Shown here: in pieces, positions 30,769 to 39,030 of the stretch
How positions within the stretch are numbered: position 1 is the stretch's first letter
Layout of the letters: each line of letters opens with the position of its first letter
Sequence record: SRR16203515_1307
Direction: 5' to 3' (one strand)
Length of the DNA: 43,844 bases
Notes under the pieces: generated by a model
What the model saw: only the letters and a program-made list of their open reading frames with translations
Databases searched by the model: none
Told to the model about the DNA's origin: nothing
Made by a program: the position numbers and the translations under genes

Positions 30769-31464
30769 TTACGCAATCGCTTGTTGTTGTATCGCGCTAA
30801 CATGTTCCACAACTTGGCCATCTTTTACTTGGATTTGACGTTTCGCACGTTGCGCGAGTTCGTTGTCATGAGTCACCATGATGATGGTAGTGCCACGGCT
30901 ATTTATTTCTTCTAGTAAGCTCATAACACTTTGCGCCATATGCGTATCTAAATTACCTGTCGGCTCATCGGCAAGCAGGAAGCGAGGATCTGTTGCTAGC
31001 GCTCGGGCAATTGCAACACGCTGTTGCTGACCGCCTGATAGCTGACTTGGCAAATGTTTCATGCGTGATGCTAAGCCAACCAAGTCTAAGTTTTCTTCAA
31101 TACGCTGTTTGCGCTCTTTGGCATTAAAACCACGATAGCGAAGCGGAACATCGACGTTATCGAATAGATTCAAATCTGGAATTAAATTAAAGCCTTGAAA
31201 GATAAAGCCGATTTTTTCGTTTCGCATTTTTGAACGTTCGTTATCGTTCAGACCACCAACGCTTATACCATCAAGCGAAAAGTCGCCACTTGTATAGGTT
31301 TCTAACAAACCTGCAATGTTCAAAAATGTTGTTTTACCTGAACCAGAAGGGCCAGTAACACTGACGAATTCTCCTTCGTTAACTTGTAAATTAAATTCCC
31401 TAAGTGCGTGCGTTTCGATGTCGTCGGTGCGAAAAACTTTACTAACCTGATTCATTGTTAACAT
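30769..31464 (-). CDS. ABC ATP-binding protein (LolD/MacB type)
   Basis: GPSGSGKTT, LSGGQQQR, LADEPTGNLD. Confidence 0.93.
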   Translation of the reverse strand: MLTMNQVSKVFRTDDIETHALREFNLQVNEGEFVSVTGPSGSGKTTFLNIAGLLETYTSGDFSLDGISVGGLNDNERSKMRNEKIGFIFQGFNLIPDLNLFDNVDVPLRYRGFNAKERKQRIEENLDLVGLASRMKHLPSQLSGGQQQRVAIARALATDPRFLLADEPTGNLDTHMAQSVMSLLEEINSRGTTIIMVTHDNELAQRAKRQIQVKDGQVVEHVSAIQQQAIA

Positions 31465-31544
31465 GTCTAAATTCCTTATTAAGTCGTTTTTTCTTTTGTT
31501 TGTTGCTCATTTATTCGAGCGTCATTTGGTTCGGTCGAGCATTA

Positions 31545-32822
31545 TTACTGGGTGAGTAAAACTTGCTCTGCGCCACGAAAAACATCAGTACCCGACGTAA
31601 TAATTTGGTCGCCCTGTGCCAAGCCCGCAGTAATTTCAACGGCGTTTAGGCTGCGCGCTCCTACGCTAATAGAGGTTTTCACTGCCATGCCGTTTTCAAC
31701 TCGATAGGCGAATCGTCCATTTGAGCTATCCAAAAACTGTCCGCGTTTCACAAGTAATACGTCGCTACGTTGCTCTAACAAAATACGAGAGGTTAAGCGT
31801 TGATTTTGACGAAGGCTGTTTGGCGAGCCATTGTTAAAACGTACACGGGCGGTGACTTGGTTGTTGATAATTTCTGGCGAAATAGTTACTAAATCAGCGG
31901 TGTAGATGGTCTGATCAAAGTTAACTTCAACTGACATACCGATGGCTAAATCATCGGCGTAACTTTCAGGAATGCCAATTTCTACTTCAAACTGTGTCAG
32001 GTCGACAACGGTAAGAATTAACTGGTTTTTACTCATGCGAGTTTTGTTGTCTATCGCTAAATTACCCACAATGCCGTTAACTGGAGAAGTAATTCTTAAC
32101 GCATTAACTTGGCGTTGAAGCTCATCAACTCGCAATTGCTGGCGACTTAAAATAAGCGCACTGGTTTGAATTTCGAAATCTAAACTTTCTTTATTTAACT
32201 TGGCATCTTGTACGGCATGTTTGAATTCAAGCTTGGCGTTTTTTAAATCGTCCTGTGCTTTTTCAAAGTCGATTTGATTAATTACTTTCTTTTCAAACGC
32301 TAAGTCATTACGACGTTTTTCACGTTCTGCAGTGGTTAGTTTAACTTGCGCTAAATCGATAGACTTTTGATCGGCAAGACCAGCGATTTTACTTTGAATT
32401 TTTTGGCGTTCTAAACCGAAAAGCAAGCTGTCGTATTGTGATTGCTCTTGCTTCAACAAATTGGTCAGTTCGGGGCTTTCAATGATTGCGAGCTCTTGTC
32501 CTACGGTAACTTGAGTTCCGGCGTCAATTTCAAAGCTGATAAAGCCGTCGGCTGGTGCATAGAGTTTCGGACTAACGGCCGCAACAACCTTACCTTGTAC
32601 TGAAATATCACGGGTTAATTCATCAATTTTTACCGTATCAATACGCACGCGGTCGCGAGGTATCGAAAGTTCTGCTTGGCTCCATTTGCTAGCCGCAGGT
32701 GCAAATTGCCAAAAAGCCACGACAAGCGCGCCGACAGCAATGACGGCGATTGAAGTATTCTTCTTGGTATTGGATTTTTTTTCGACGCGAACGTCTTGGC
32801 TGCTGGTGTCGGCTATTTTCAT
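31545..32822 (-). CDS. Periplasmic adaptor (MacA/HlyD-type membrane fusion protein)
   Basis: N-terminal TM, lipoyl half-motifs around a long coiled coil (ITSPVNG), VEITAGLAQGD; start 32822 or 32846. Confidence 0.88.
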   Translation of the reverse strand: MKIADTSSQDVRVEKKSNTKKNTSIAVIAVGALVVAFWQFAPAASKWSQAELSIPRDRVRIDTVKIDELTRDISVQGKVVAAVSPKLYAPADGFISFEIDAGTQVTVGQELAIIESPELTNLLKQEQSQYDSLLFGLERQKIQSKIAGLADQKSIDLAQVKLTTAEREKRRNDLAFEKKVINQIDFEKAQDDLKNAKLEFKHAVQDAKLNKESLDFEIQTSALILSRQQLRVDELQRQVNALRITSPVNGIVGNLAIDNKTRMSKNQLILTVVDLTQFEVEIGIPESYADDLAIGMSVEVNFDQTIYTADLVTISPEIINNQVTARVRFNNGSPNSLRQNQRLTSRILLEQRSDVLLVKRGQFLDSSNGRFAYRVENGMAVKTSISVGARSLNAVEITAGLAQGDQIITSGTDVFRGAEQVLLTQ

Positions 32823-32957
32823 TGTTATCCGTACTTTTCTCTCCATTGTTTGAAAGATAAGTAGCGATAACGATTAAAAAGGTTTAATTAAATTGGAAAT
32901 TAATTTTTAGAAAAGAGGTATTAGTGCGGACTTTTAAGTTCAAAAATCCGCGGGTTG

Positions 32958-33965
32958 CTAGCTTATGGCGTTGGTTACAACAGAGTCTCGCTCAATTAAT
33001 TTAGGTTCGAAAATTAATTGAAGATCTGTAACATCTTCTTTGTAAACTTTTTTTAATATAGTTTTTGCTGCCATTGCGCCCATATCGTAGATTGGGTAAT
33101 TAATAGAGGTCAATTTGGGAAAGATATAACCTGCAAACATCACATTATCAAAACCGATAACGGACAAAGCATTGGGTATATCTAGGCCATGTTCTCTAGC
33201 AACGGTAATAGCACCCAATGCCATGATGTCGTTACCACAAACTATCGCAGTACATTCTTTATGCTGAGCTAGAATGTGTCGCATACCTTGGCTACCGCTC
33301 TGCTCATGAAAGTCCCCTTCAAAAAACAAATCAGAATTTTGAGAGATGCCGTATTCTTCTAGTGCTTTTTGGTGGCCCTCGAAGCGAGCTTTTGCATCAC
33401 ATTTCCACAAAGGGCCTGAGATATAGCCAACTTCTTTATGGCCTTGCTCCAAAACAAATTTAGTCGCGAGATAGCCGCCCATTTCATTATTTAAACTAAT
33501 ACAATAATCGGCCAATTTTTCGACGTATCTATTCACCAAAATGAATTCAATTTTACGCTCGCTGAGTTCGATAAGATATTCATCTGACACTGACTCAACA
33601 TGAAGTATGAGTGCGTCACATTTTTTACTAATAAGAAATTCAATGCCTTCAACTTCTTTGGCTTCGTCACAGTGTCCTGCGGCAATAATTACGTGTTTGC
33701 CACTTTCACGGAACCGAGTTTCAATGCCTTGCATCATCGAGCCAAAGAAAGGACCTTCGAATTCAGAAACTAATACGCCAACGCTGTTTGTTCTGCTAGA
33801 AGCAAGTGACTGGGCGATAGAGTTAGGGCGATAACCAAGCGTTTCCATGGCAGCTAAAACCTTTGCTGCGGTTTTTTCACTTACACGTGCATTTTTATTC
33901 ATCACACGGGAAACCGTAGCGAGGGACACGCCCGCTAATTCTGAAACTTCATAAATGGTCGCCAT
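32958..33965 (-). CDS. LacI/GalR-family transcriptional regulator
   Basis: TIYEVSELAGVSLATVSRVMN HTH, YRPN, SVIGFD, PKLTSI. Confidence 0.93.
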   Translation of the reverse strand: MATIYEVSELAGVSLATVSRVMNKNARVSEKTAAKVLAAMETLGYRPNSIAQSLASSRTNSVGVLVSEFEGPFFGSMMQGIETRFRESGKHVIIAAGHCDEAKEVEGIEFLISKKCDALILHVESVSDEYLIELSERKIEFILVNRYVEKLADYCISLNNEMGGYLATKFVLEQGHKEVGYISGPLWKCDAKARFEGHQKALEEYGISQNSDLFFEGDFHEQSGSQGMRHILAQHKECTAIVCGNDIMALGAITVAREHGLDIPNALSVIGFDNVMFAGYIFPKLTSINYPIYDMGAMAAKTILKKVYKEDVTDLQLIFEPKLIERDSVVTNAIS

Positions 33966-34362
33966 GTATTTTCTGTTCTCTACTTAGTTCTCGCTCAACG
34001 CAGAAACATAACTACGAAGATGCGAATATGAATGTATTAAATTATGGTACTTATTTAACAGCTGAAGAAATAAGAGCAGGTTACGTTCGAGGCCTAAATG
34101 ATGTGAAAGGAGAAAACTTTCACTGCCGCACAAACTACTAATCGCCATAATATTTTCTGATTCTGCAACTCTAACATGGAACCCTTTCATGACTCTAGTT
34201 TTGGCAGGCCTAATACAATATTTCCTTATTTGAACTCAATATAGATACAAAAGCCTTCGAGGAAATTATACAAAAATGCAAATAAGGTGAACTTTAATAC
34301 TGTTCAACCAGTTGTTTTTAATGCATGCTACCAAACCGCTTAATAAGAATAATTAAAAAATA

Positions 34363-34725
34363 GTGATGTCTAATTATAGAAAACCTCTTCTAATGCTCGC
34401 CGTATTTGGTGGTATTTTCTCTTCGGCTGCGTTGGCGGAGGCTAAACGTGAAGTGGTTCTTAATAATGCCTCGGTTGAGGTCGTTCGTTTAACTTACCCA
34501 GCAGGTACAGAGTCTGGTATGCATACTCATATTCACCCGAATAGAGTCGTGTATTTTGTTAAAGGCGGTAAATTAGCATTGGTTTCAGCGGATAAAAAAC
34601 AGCAACCTAAAGTACTCAATGTTGCTGACGGCGATACGTTATTCCTGCCAACAATGACACATAATGTTAAAAATATTGGTGCAACTGAAGTCGTTATAGT
34701 TGAGACTGAGCTAAAAGCAAACTAG
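34363..34725 (+). CDS. Exported cupin-domain protein
   Basis: Signal peptide ending ALA, HTH-x-HP and TH-x-V-x-N cupin motifs. Confidence 0.8.
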   Translation: MMSNYRKPLLMLAVFGGIFSSAALAEAKREVVLNNASVEVVRLTYPAGTESGMHTHIHPNRVVYFVKGGKLALVSADKKQQPKVLNVADGDTLFLPTMTHNVKNIGATEVVIVETELKAN

Positions 34726-34814
34726 GATGTCGGTGGGCAAGTTGCTAATGCAGAACTTAAACCGACAATATTTTAATTATTTTTCATGATGTATCGAATT
34801 TAAAGGTGACTTTA

Positions 34815-35204
34815 ATGCAAGAGCACGGCTCTTTCGAGATGGAAATTATTGATCAAACACTTATCGTTAGGTGTTTTGACGATTGGAACCAAGAATTAGT
34901 GGTTCGGCTTTGTAAAGAATATAAAGAATTAGTGAAAACTATATACGATAAGCCGTGGGCGTGCCTTGTTGACATGACACTTTGGGGTTTGTCGACGCCA
35001 GAAATGTGGGATGAAATTGATGAGTTAAACCATTGGGGTAACCTCAATAATCAGCGTTTCGAAGTGGTTATTTGTAGTATGTCTATTCAAAAAGATTTAA
35101 TGGTTGATAGCCATGAAGTACTGACCAATGTTGAAACTAAATTTTGTGAAACTATTGAACAGGCGCATGACTGGTTAGCGAGTGTTGGCATGCTTAACAA
35201 GTAG
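34815..35204 (+). CDS. Hypothetical protein (possibly STAS/SEC14-like fold)
   Basis: EHGSF, WNQE, PWACLVD, A-x2-WL end; ATG 34815 after AAAGGTG; fold assignment is inference. Confidence 0.7.
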   Translation: MQEHGSFEMEIIDQTLIVRCFDDWNQELVVRLCKEYKELVKTIYDKPWACLVDMTLWGLSTPEMWDEIDELNHWGNLNNQRFEVVICSMSIQKDLMVDSHEVLTNVETKFCETIEQAHDWLASVGMLNK

Positions 35205-35304
35205 TCAAAAATAATGTGCCCATTTTAGGCATTTTTTTGCAAATGAAGTCGTTTTGCTCGCTTGGTCTAATTCATAAGAGTTACCGAAAATACCTGAAAG
35301 ACAA

Positions 35305-36030
35305 TTAGATGCAGGGTAACGTAGGCACCCAAATATAACCGTTATTTTCTTCTCCATAGAGCTTTCCATTAGCATTCATACCATGCAGCGCGGCGATGTA
35401 TACACAAATAATGGCATCCAAGGCGTCTTCATTACTCTTTAGCGCTTTACCTCTTAATTTATGTATATGTGCTTCGTCTAAATAAACCGCCAATTCGCAG
35501 GGAATATAGAGTTTTAATACCCTTGATGATGCCAGTTTTTTTAGTTTCTTTGATAGCGCAATTTGTCCGAGTTTCTTATCGGCAACAGATCCTTTCTTAT
35601 ACAGCATCCTTTCTTCTAACGAAAATATTTCAATAAGAGCAGGGTGCGGGTAACATTCTATTTGCCACTTTTCTCCGTCGATATGTTCATGGCCATTGTG
35701 TCGTAATATATCCGATAATTTCACGCTGAATGCATCTGGATAAAGTCCTAAATTGGCGGCATGACAGCTAGCTTTTTTACTCGCATAATCTTTGCTCAGG
35801 GAACTTTCACATGCTCTTTGCCCTGAGACGTTGTTGATTATTAACGGTGCATCGATTGCTACCCCTTTTAAATTAGGTATTTCCAAAACGTAATTTGTGA
35901 TCGCGCTTAACCCAATAATTGCGGGCTCAACGGTTTCGAGTAATAATTGTTTTCCAGTAAGCTTTCCCGTGGCAATTGCAGAAGGGTTTTTCTCTCCGGC
36001 CCAAGCTAAGTCTACTCCTACGAATCTCAT
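35305..36030 (-). CDS. DUF429 family predicted RNase H-like nuclease
   Basis: GVDLAW, AIDAPL, R-x2-E, ECYPH, YKKG, DALDA. Confidence 0.85.
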   Translation of the reverse strand: MRFVGVDLAWAGEKNPSAIATGKLTGKQLLLETVEPAIIGLSAITNYVLEIPNLKGVAIDAPLIINNVSGQRACESSLSKDYASKKASCHAANLGLYPDAFSVKLSDILRHNGHEHIDGEKWQIECYPHPALIEIFSLEERMLYKKGSVADKKLGQIALSKKLKKLASSRVLKLYIPCELAVYLDEAHIHKLRGKALKSNEDALDAIICVYIAALHGMNANGKLYGEENNGYIWVPTLPCI

Positions 36031-36155
36031 TTCTGTTTCTTTTTCCAGTGTAATGACTTATCAGTTTATAGCCGAAAGGCTTTATTGTCTCCCTCATCTA
36101 TCCAAGTCTAATCGCTGAAAGCGGCGATCGACTAAATTCAAATTAGCCAGCTTAT

Positions 36156-36206
36156 TTGACATACATAGAAATGCTATGTATAAATATACTTAGAACTACT
36201 ATGTAT
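36156..36206 (+). promoter_or_regulatory. Sigma70 promoter overlapped by two inverted-repeat operators
   Basis: TTGACA(36156)-17 bp-TATAAA(36179); ATACATAG-N5-CTATGTAT at 36161-36181 and ATACTTAG-N5-CTATGTAT at 36186-36206. Confidence 0.85.
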
Positions 36207-36276
36207 GTTTTGAATTAGATCTCATTAGCTATGTTGTGAGGTTAAATACATAAACTTTAAGATAACCGGAGGTTAA

Positions 36277-36618
36277 ATGGAGTTAACAAAAGATATGGTT
36301 GCTGCTTCTGCTACACCACTGATTTTGTCGATACTAAATCAAGGGGATAGCTATGGTTACGACATCATCCAAAAGGTAAAGCTGATTTCAAATGATCGGT
36401 TGAAATGGGCAGATGGCATGTTATATCCAATCATGCATCGTTTAGAAAAAAAGTCTTTTGTCGAAGCTTATTGGGGACAATCTGAAACGGGGCGTAAACG
36501 AAAGTACTACCGAATATTGAAAAAAGGTCAACAGGAATTAAACGTGCAGCTCGGACAATGGCAGGCGCTCAATGATATTTTGCAAAATATTGATGGAGGT
36601 TCAAAATGTTCAACTTAG
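36277..36618 (+). CDS. PadR-family transcriptional regulator
   Basis: SYGYDI, GMLYPIMHRLE, RKRKYY; GGAGG RBS. Confidence 0.93.
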   Translation: MELTKDMVAASATPLILSILNQGDSYGYDIIQKVKLISNDRLKWADGMLYPIMHRLEKKSFVEAYWGQSETGRKRKYYRILKKGQQELNVQLGQWQALNDILQNIDGGSKCST

Positions 36619-37133
36619 ATGAAAGCATCGATGCGTGGTGCAAAGCCGTGGGTAGAAGTCGATGCGGCCAAAAAGGTAATCTAGACGAACTTAAAGATCA
36701 TTTATTTTGCCAGGTCGAAGCTTTAATGGCGCAAGATAATGCTGAACAACTAACTGAAGAATCGGCTTTTTATTTAGCAATAAAGCAGCTAGGTGAAACA
36801 GAAGAGTTGGCAAGTGAATACGCCAAAAATCGTTCTGCCTGGTCAAAAATCTGTACACCGGAAAATGACGAAATATTTGATGAAATTTTAAAGGAGAGTG
36901 AAACCATGAGCGCTAAATTATTAAAGAGAATTATGATCAGCAACGCGATTTTATGGGCCGCAGCGATGCTGTCTATCTCATATGTTTTAAAAGGAACAGA
37001 GCAAAGTTCTAATGTGCTTATGTTGCTCATTTTCTTATCGACTGCATCAATAATAGGATTAGGTGGATTTAGGAATTCAGCTAAAGCTGAATGTGAATTC
37101 ATCAAATCTAAATTTAATAGCGCCAAAGAATAA
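36606..37133 (+). CDS. PadR-associated membrane protein (permease-prefix-domain-like N-terminus plus 2 TM)
   Basis: ELKDHL...EESAF..AIKQLG...LASEY; overlaps padR; GGAGG RBS. Confidence 0.8.
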   Translation: MFNLDESIDAWCKAVGRSRCGQKGNLDELKDHLFCQVEALMAQDNAEQLTEESAFYLAIKQLGETEELASEYAKNRSAWSKICTPENDEIFDEILKESETMSAKLLKRIMISNAILWAAAMLSISYVLKGTEQSSNVLMLLIFLSTASIIGLGGFRNSAKAECEFIKSKFNSAKE

Positions 37134-37282
37134 TAGCAGTATATCTATAGGTGTTAACTATCGGTACGAAGCAGAGCACAGGGTAGCGATAAGCTTTACA
37201 CCAAAAGATACAATAAGCTAGGTTCAAGCAACTGTTTACTTTTAATGGCGCTTCCAAACTTGGTATGCGAAAAGTAAATTTG

Positions 37283-37305
37283 AAAGGCCGCATGATGCGG
37301 CCTTT
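37283..37305. terminator. Hairpin/terminator after the padR operon
   Basis: AAAGGCCGCAT-g-ATGCGGCCTTT. Confidence 0.6.
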
Positions 37306-37671
37306 ATGCCCGTCTCTTAAACACCTCAGCAATACTCCTTGTTTTAAGCCCCAAAAGATATTGTGCAAATAAGTTCCCACTAAATTGTAATTAACTGTAG
37401 CACTAAAAACTTCTCTTCTCACTAACTCAACTATGTTTATTTTTTGTTAAAAAACAGTGAGATAAATAAATCAAATAAATAACAAATGTAACAACAGCCT
37501 TTGCTATTTATTACAAATCACGCGCATATACGCTGCCAGGTACAAGCGATAACATCTCCATACTTTTTTAAACACACTTTCCTCATAAGATAGCTCCATC
37601 AACGTTGAGCAGACAACAAAACAAGCCCAACGAAACAAGCTTAAAAATATAAAATATTAGAGGAAATAAAC

Positions 37672-38379
37672 ATGAAAACTTTCAATAAATTAGTTTTAGT
37701 AACAGCAATCTCAGCAACTACTTTTGGTGCTTTCGCAAACGAAAAAGCTGAAGATGTAAACTACGGTGACCCAACGGCTTCATTCTCAACAGTAGGTGTT
37801 TCTCGTGCTGACGGTCAAACACAATTAAATACCATGATGGGTTTTGATGGCGGTCACATTATCTCTGCTGATATCGGTGTAGCAGATAAGAAAACTGACG
37901 ACGACAAAATTGATTACAACTACCGTATGCGTTACTTCAAAGTAAACGATGGTCTTGGTTACTCTGTTGATGTAGTAGGCGACAGAAACTCTACAACTGC
38001 ATTGGCAGGCGTTATGTATAAGTTCCAAGTGAACGACAACATCTCTATTTTCCCAATGCTTAATGTTGGTCGTACAAGCATTAAAGATGATGCTCAATTA
38101 CCTTCTTTGCCTGAAAATGAAACATATTCGAGCTCTAATCTCGCACAAGCTGGTGTTTATGCAATGTATGGGTTTGATGCTGGCCATTGGGTTTACGTAA
38201 ACCCTAAAGCAACTTACGTTGCTGCATTAAAAGATACGGTAACACAAGTAGAAATGGGCGGTGGTTTCATGGTATCTGACAACATGTCTGTTGGTGTTAA
38301 AGTGGATTACACCGCTAAAGGTGGCTTGATGACTGAAGACGATACAACAACATGGGTTCAAGCTAACATCTACTTCTAA
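37672..38379 (+). CDS. Putative outer-membrane beta-barrel protein
   Basis: Signal peptide ending AFA, amphipathic beta strands, C-terminal WVQANIYF; AGAGGA RBS. Confidence 0.8.
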   Translation: MKTFNKLVLVTAISATTFGAFANEKAEDVNYGDPTASFSTVGVSRADGQTQLNTMMGFDGGHIISADIGVADKKTDDDKIDYNYRMRYFKVNDGLGYSVDVVGDRNSTTALAGVMYKFQVNDNISIFPMLNVGRTSIKDDAQLPSLPENETYSSSNLAQAGVYAMYGFDAGHWVYVNPKATYVAALKDTVTQVEMGGGFMVSDNMSVGVKVDYTAKGGLMTEDDTTTWVQANIYF

Positions 38380-38410
38380 GCACAACGCATACAGTATTTT
38401 ATATCCCAAT

Positions 38411-38439
38411 AAAAAAGGCCGCATTATGTGGCCTTTTTT
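38411..38439 (+). terminator. Intrinsic terminator
   Basis: AAAAAA-GGCCGCAT-t-ATGTGGCC-TTTTTT. Confidence 0.85.
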
Positions 38440-38604
38440 CATTCTATTTTATTTCTAAAGCCTACGAATTTACTCGAGCGGCTGAATTAACTTATTAAAG
38501 AATAATTGCATTCTTAGGGCCAAGTACACAGAATAAAGGGCAGATGGAGTTTGGTGTTTAATACCAACTTTCTCTGCTCTTTTTCATTTAAGGACGCAAT
38601 CTAG

Positions 38605-39000
38605 ATGCTTGAGAAACCAAACTTTTCTTTAACAGCTTGGATCATTGCCGTTATTGTATGTACTGTTCCTTTGCTTATCGGTTGGGAGAGCGTTCTATTC
38701 TTAATGTTACCTGGCGGTATCCCTTTGGGAACTTTAATGGCCGCAATTGCGATTTTTTCGGCGGCCAAGATAACTAGTGTGACCGCTAGGCCTAAAACTT
38801 GGCGTTCATACGTAGGTGTATTCTTATGTATTCTCGCTTTATTTTGGCTGCCATTAGGCGCTGTTTTATCTGGAAACATGTCACTGAGTTTTTATCAAAG
38901 CGCGGCAAATTCTGAGCTTTTCTGGCGCTATACAAATATGATTGTAGTGTCTGTTTTTGGGGGGGGTGTTTTGGACGCTAATAGACACTTTCTTACATAG
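38605..39000 (+). CDS. Hypothetical 4-TM membrane protein (C-terminus possibly frameshifted at a G8 tract)
   Basis: Hydrophobic segments, LPGGIPLGT, WLPLG...SGN; AAGGA RBS. Confidence 0.72.
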   Translation: MLEKPNFSLTAWIIAVIVCTVPLLIGWESVLFLMLPGGIPLGTLMAAIAIFSAAKITSVTARPKTWRSYVGVFLCILALFWLPLGAVLSGNMSLSFYQSAANSELFWRYTNMIVVSVFGGGVLDANRHFLT

Positions 39001-39030
39001 AAAGAATAAAAAATAATTCATTCGGAATAA

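Noticed and set aside
32847-32957. PadR control of the ABC exporter operon
   Set aside because: The ATACATAG-N5-CTATGTAT motif is not present upstream of the operon
37114-37422. 102-aa minus-strand ORF in the padR-OMP intergenic region
   Set aside because: Runs through a terminator hairpin, no convincing RBS, non-protein-like composition
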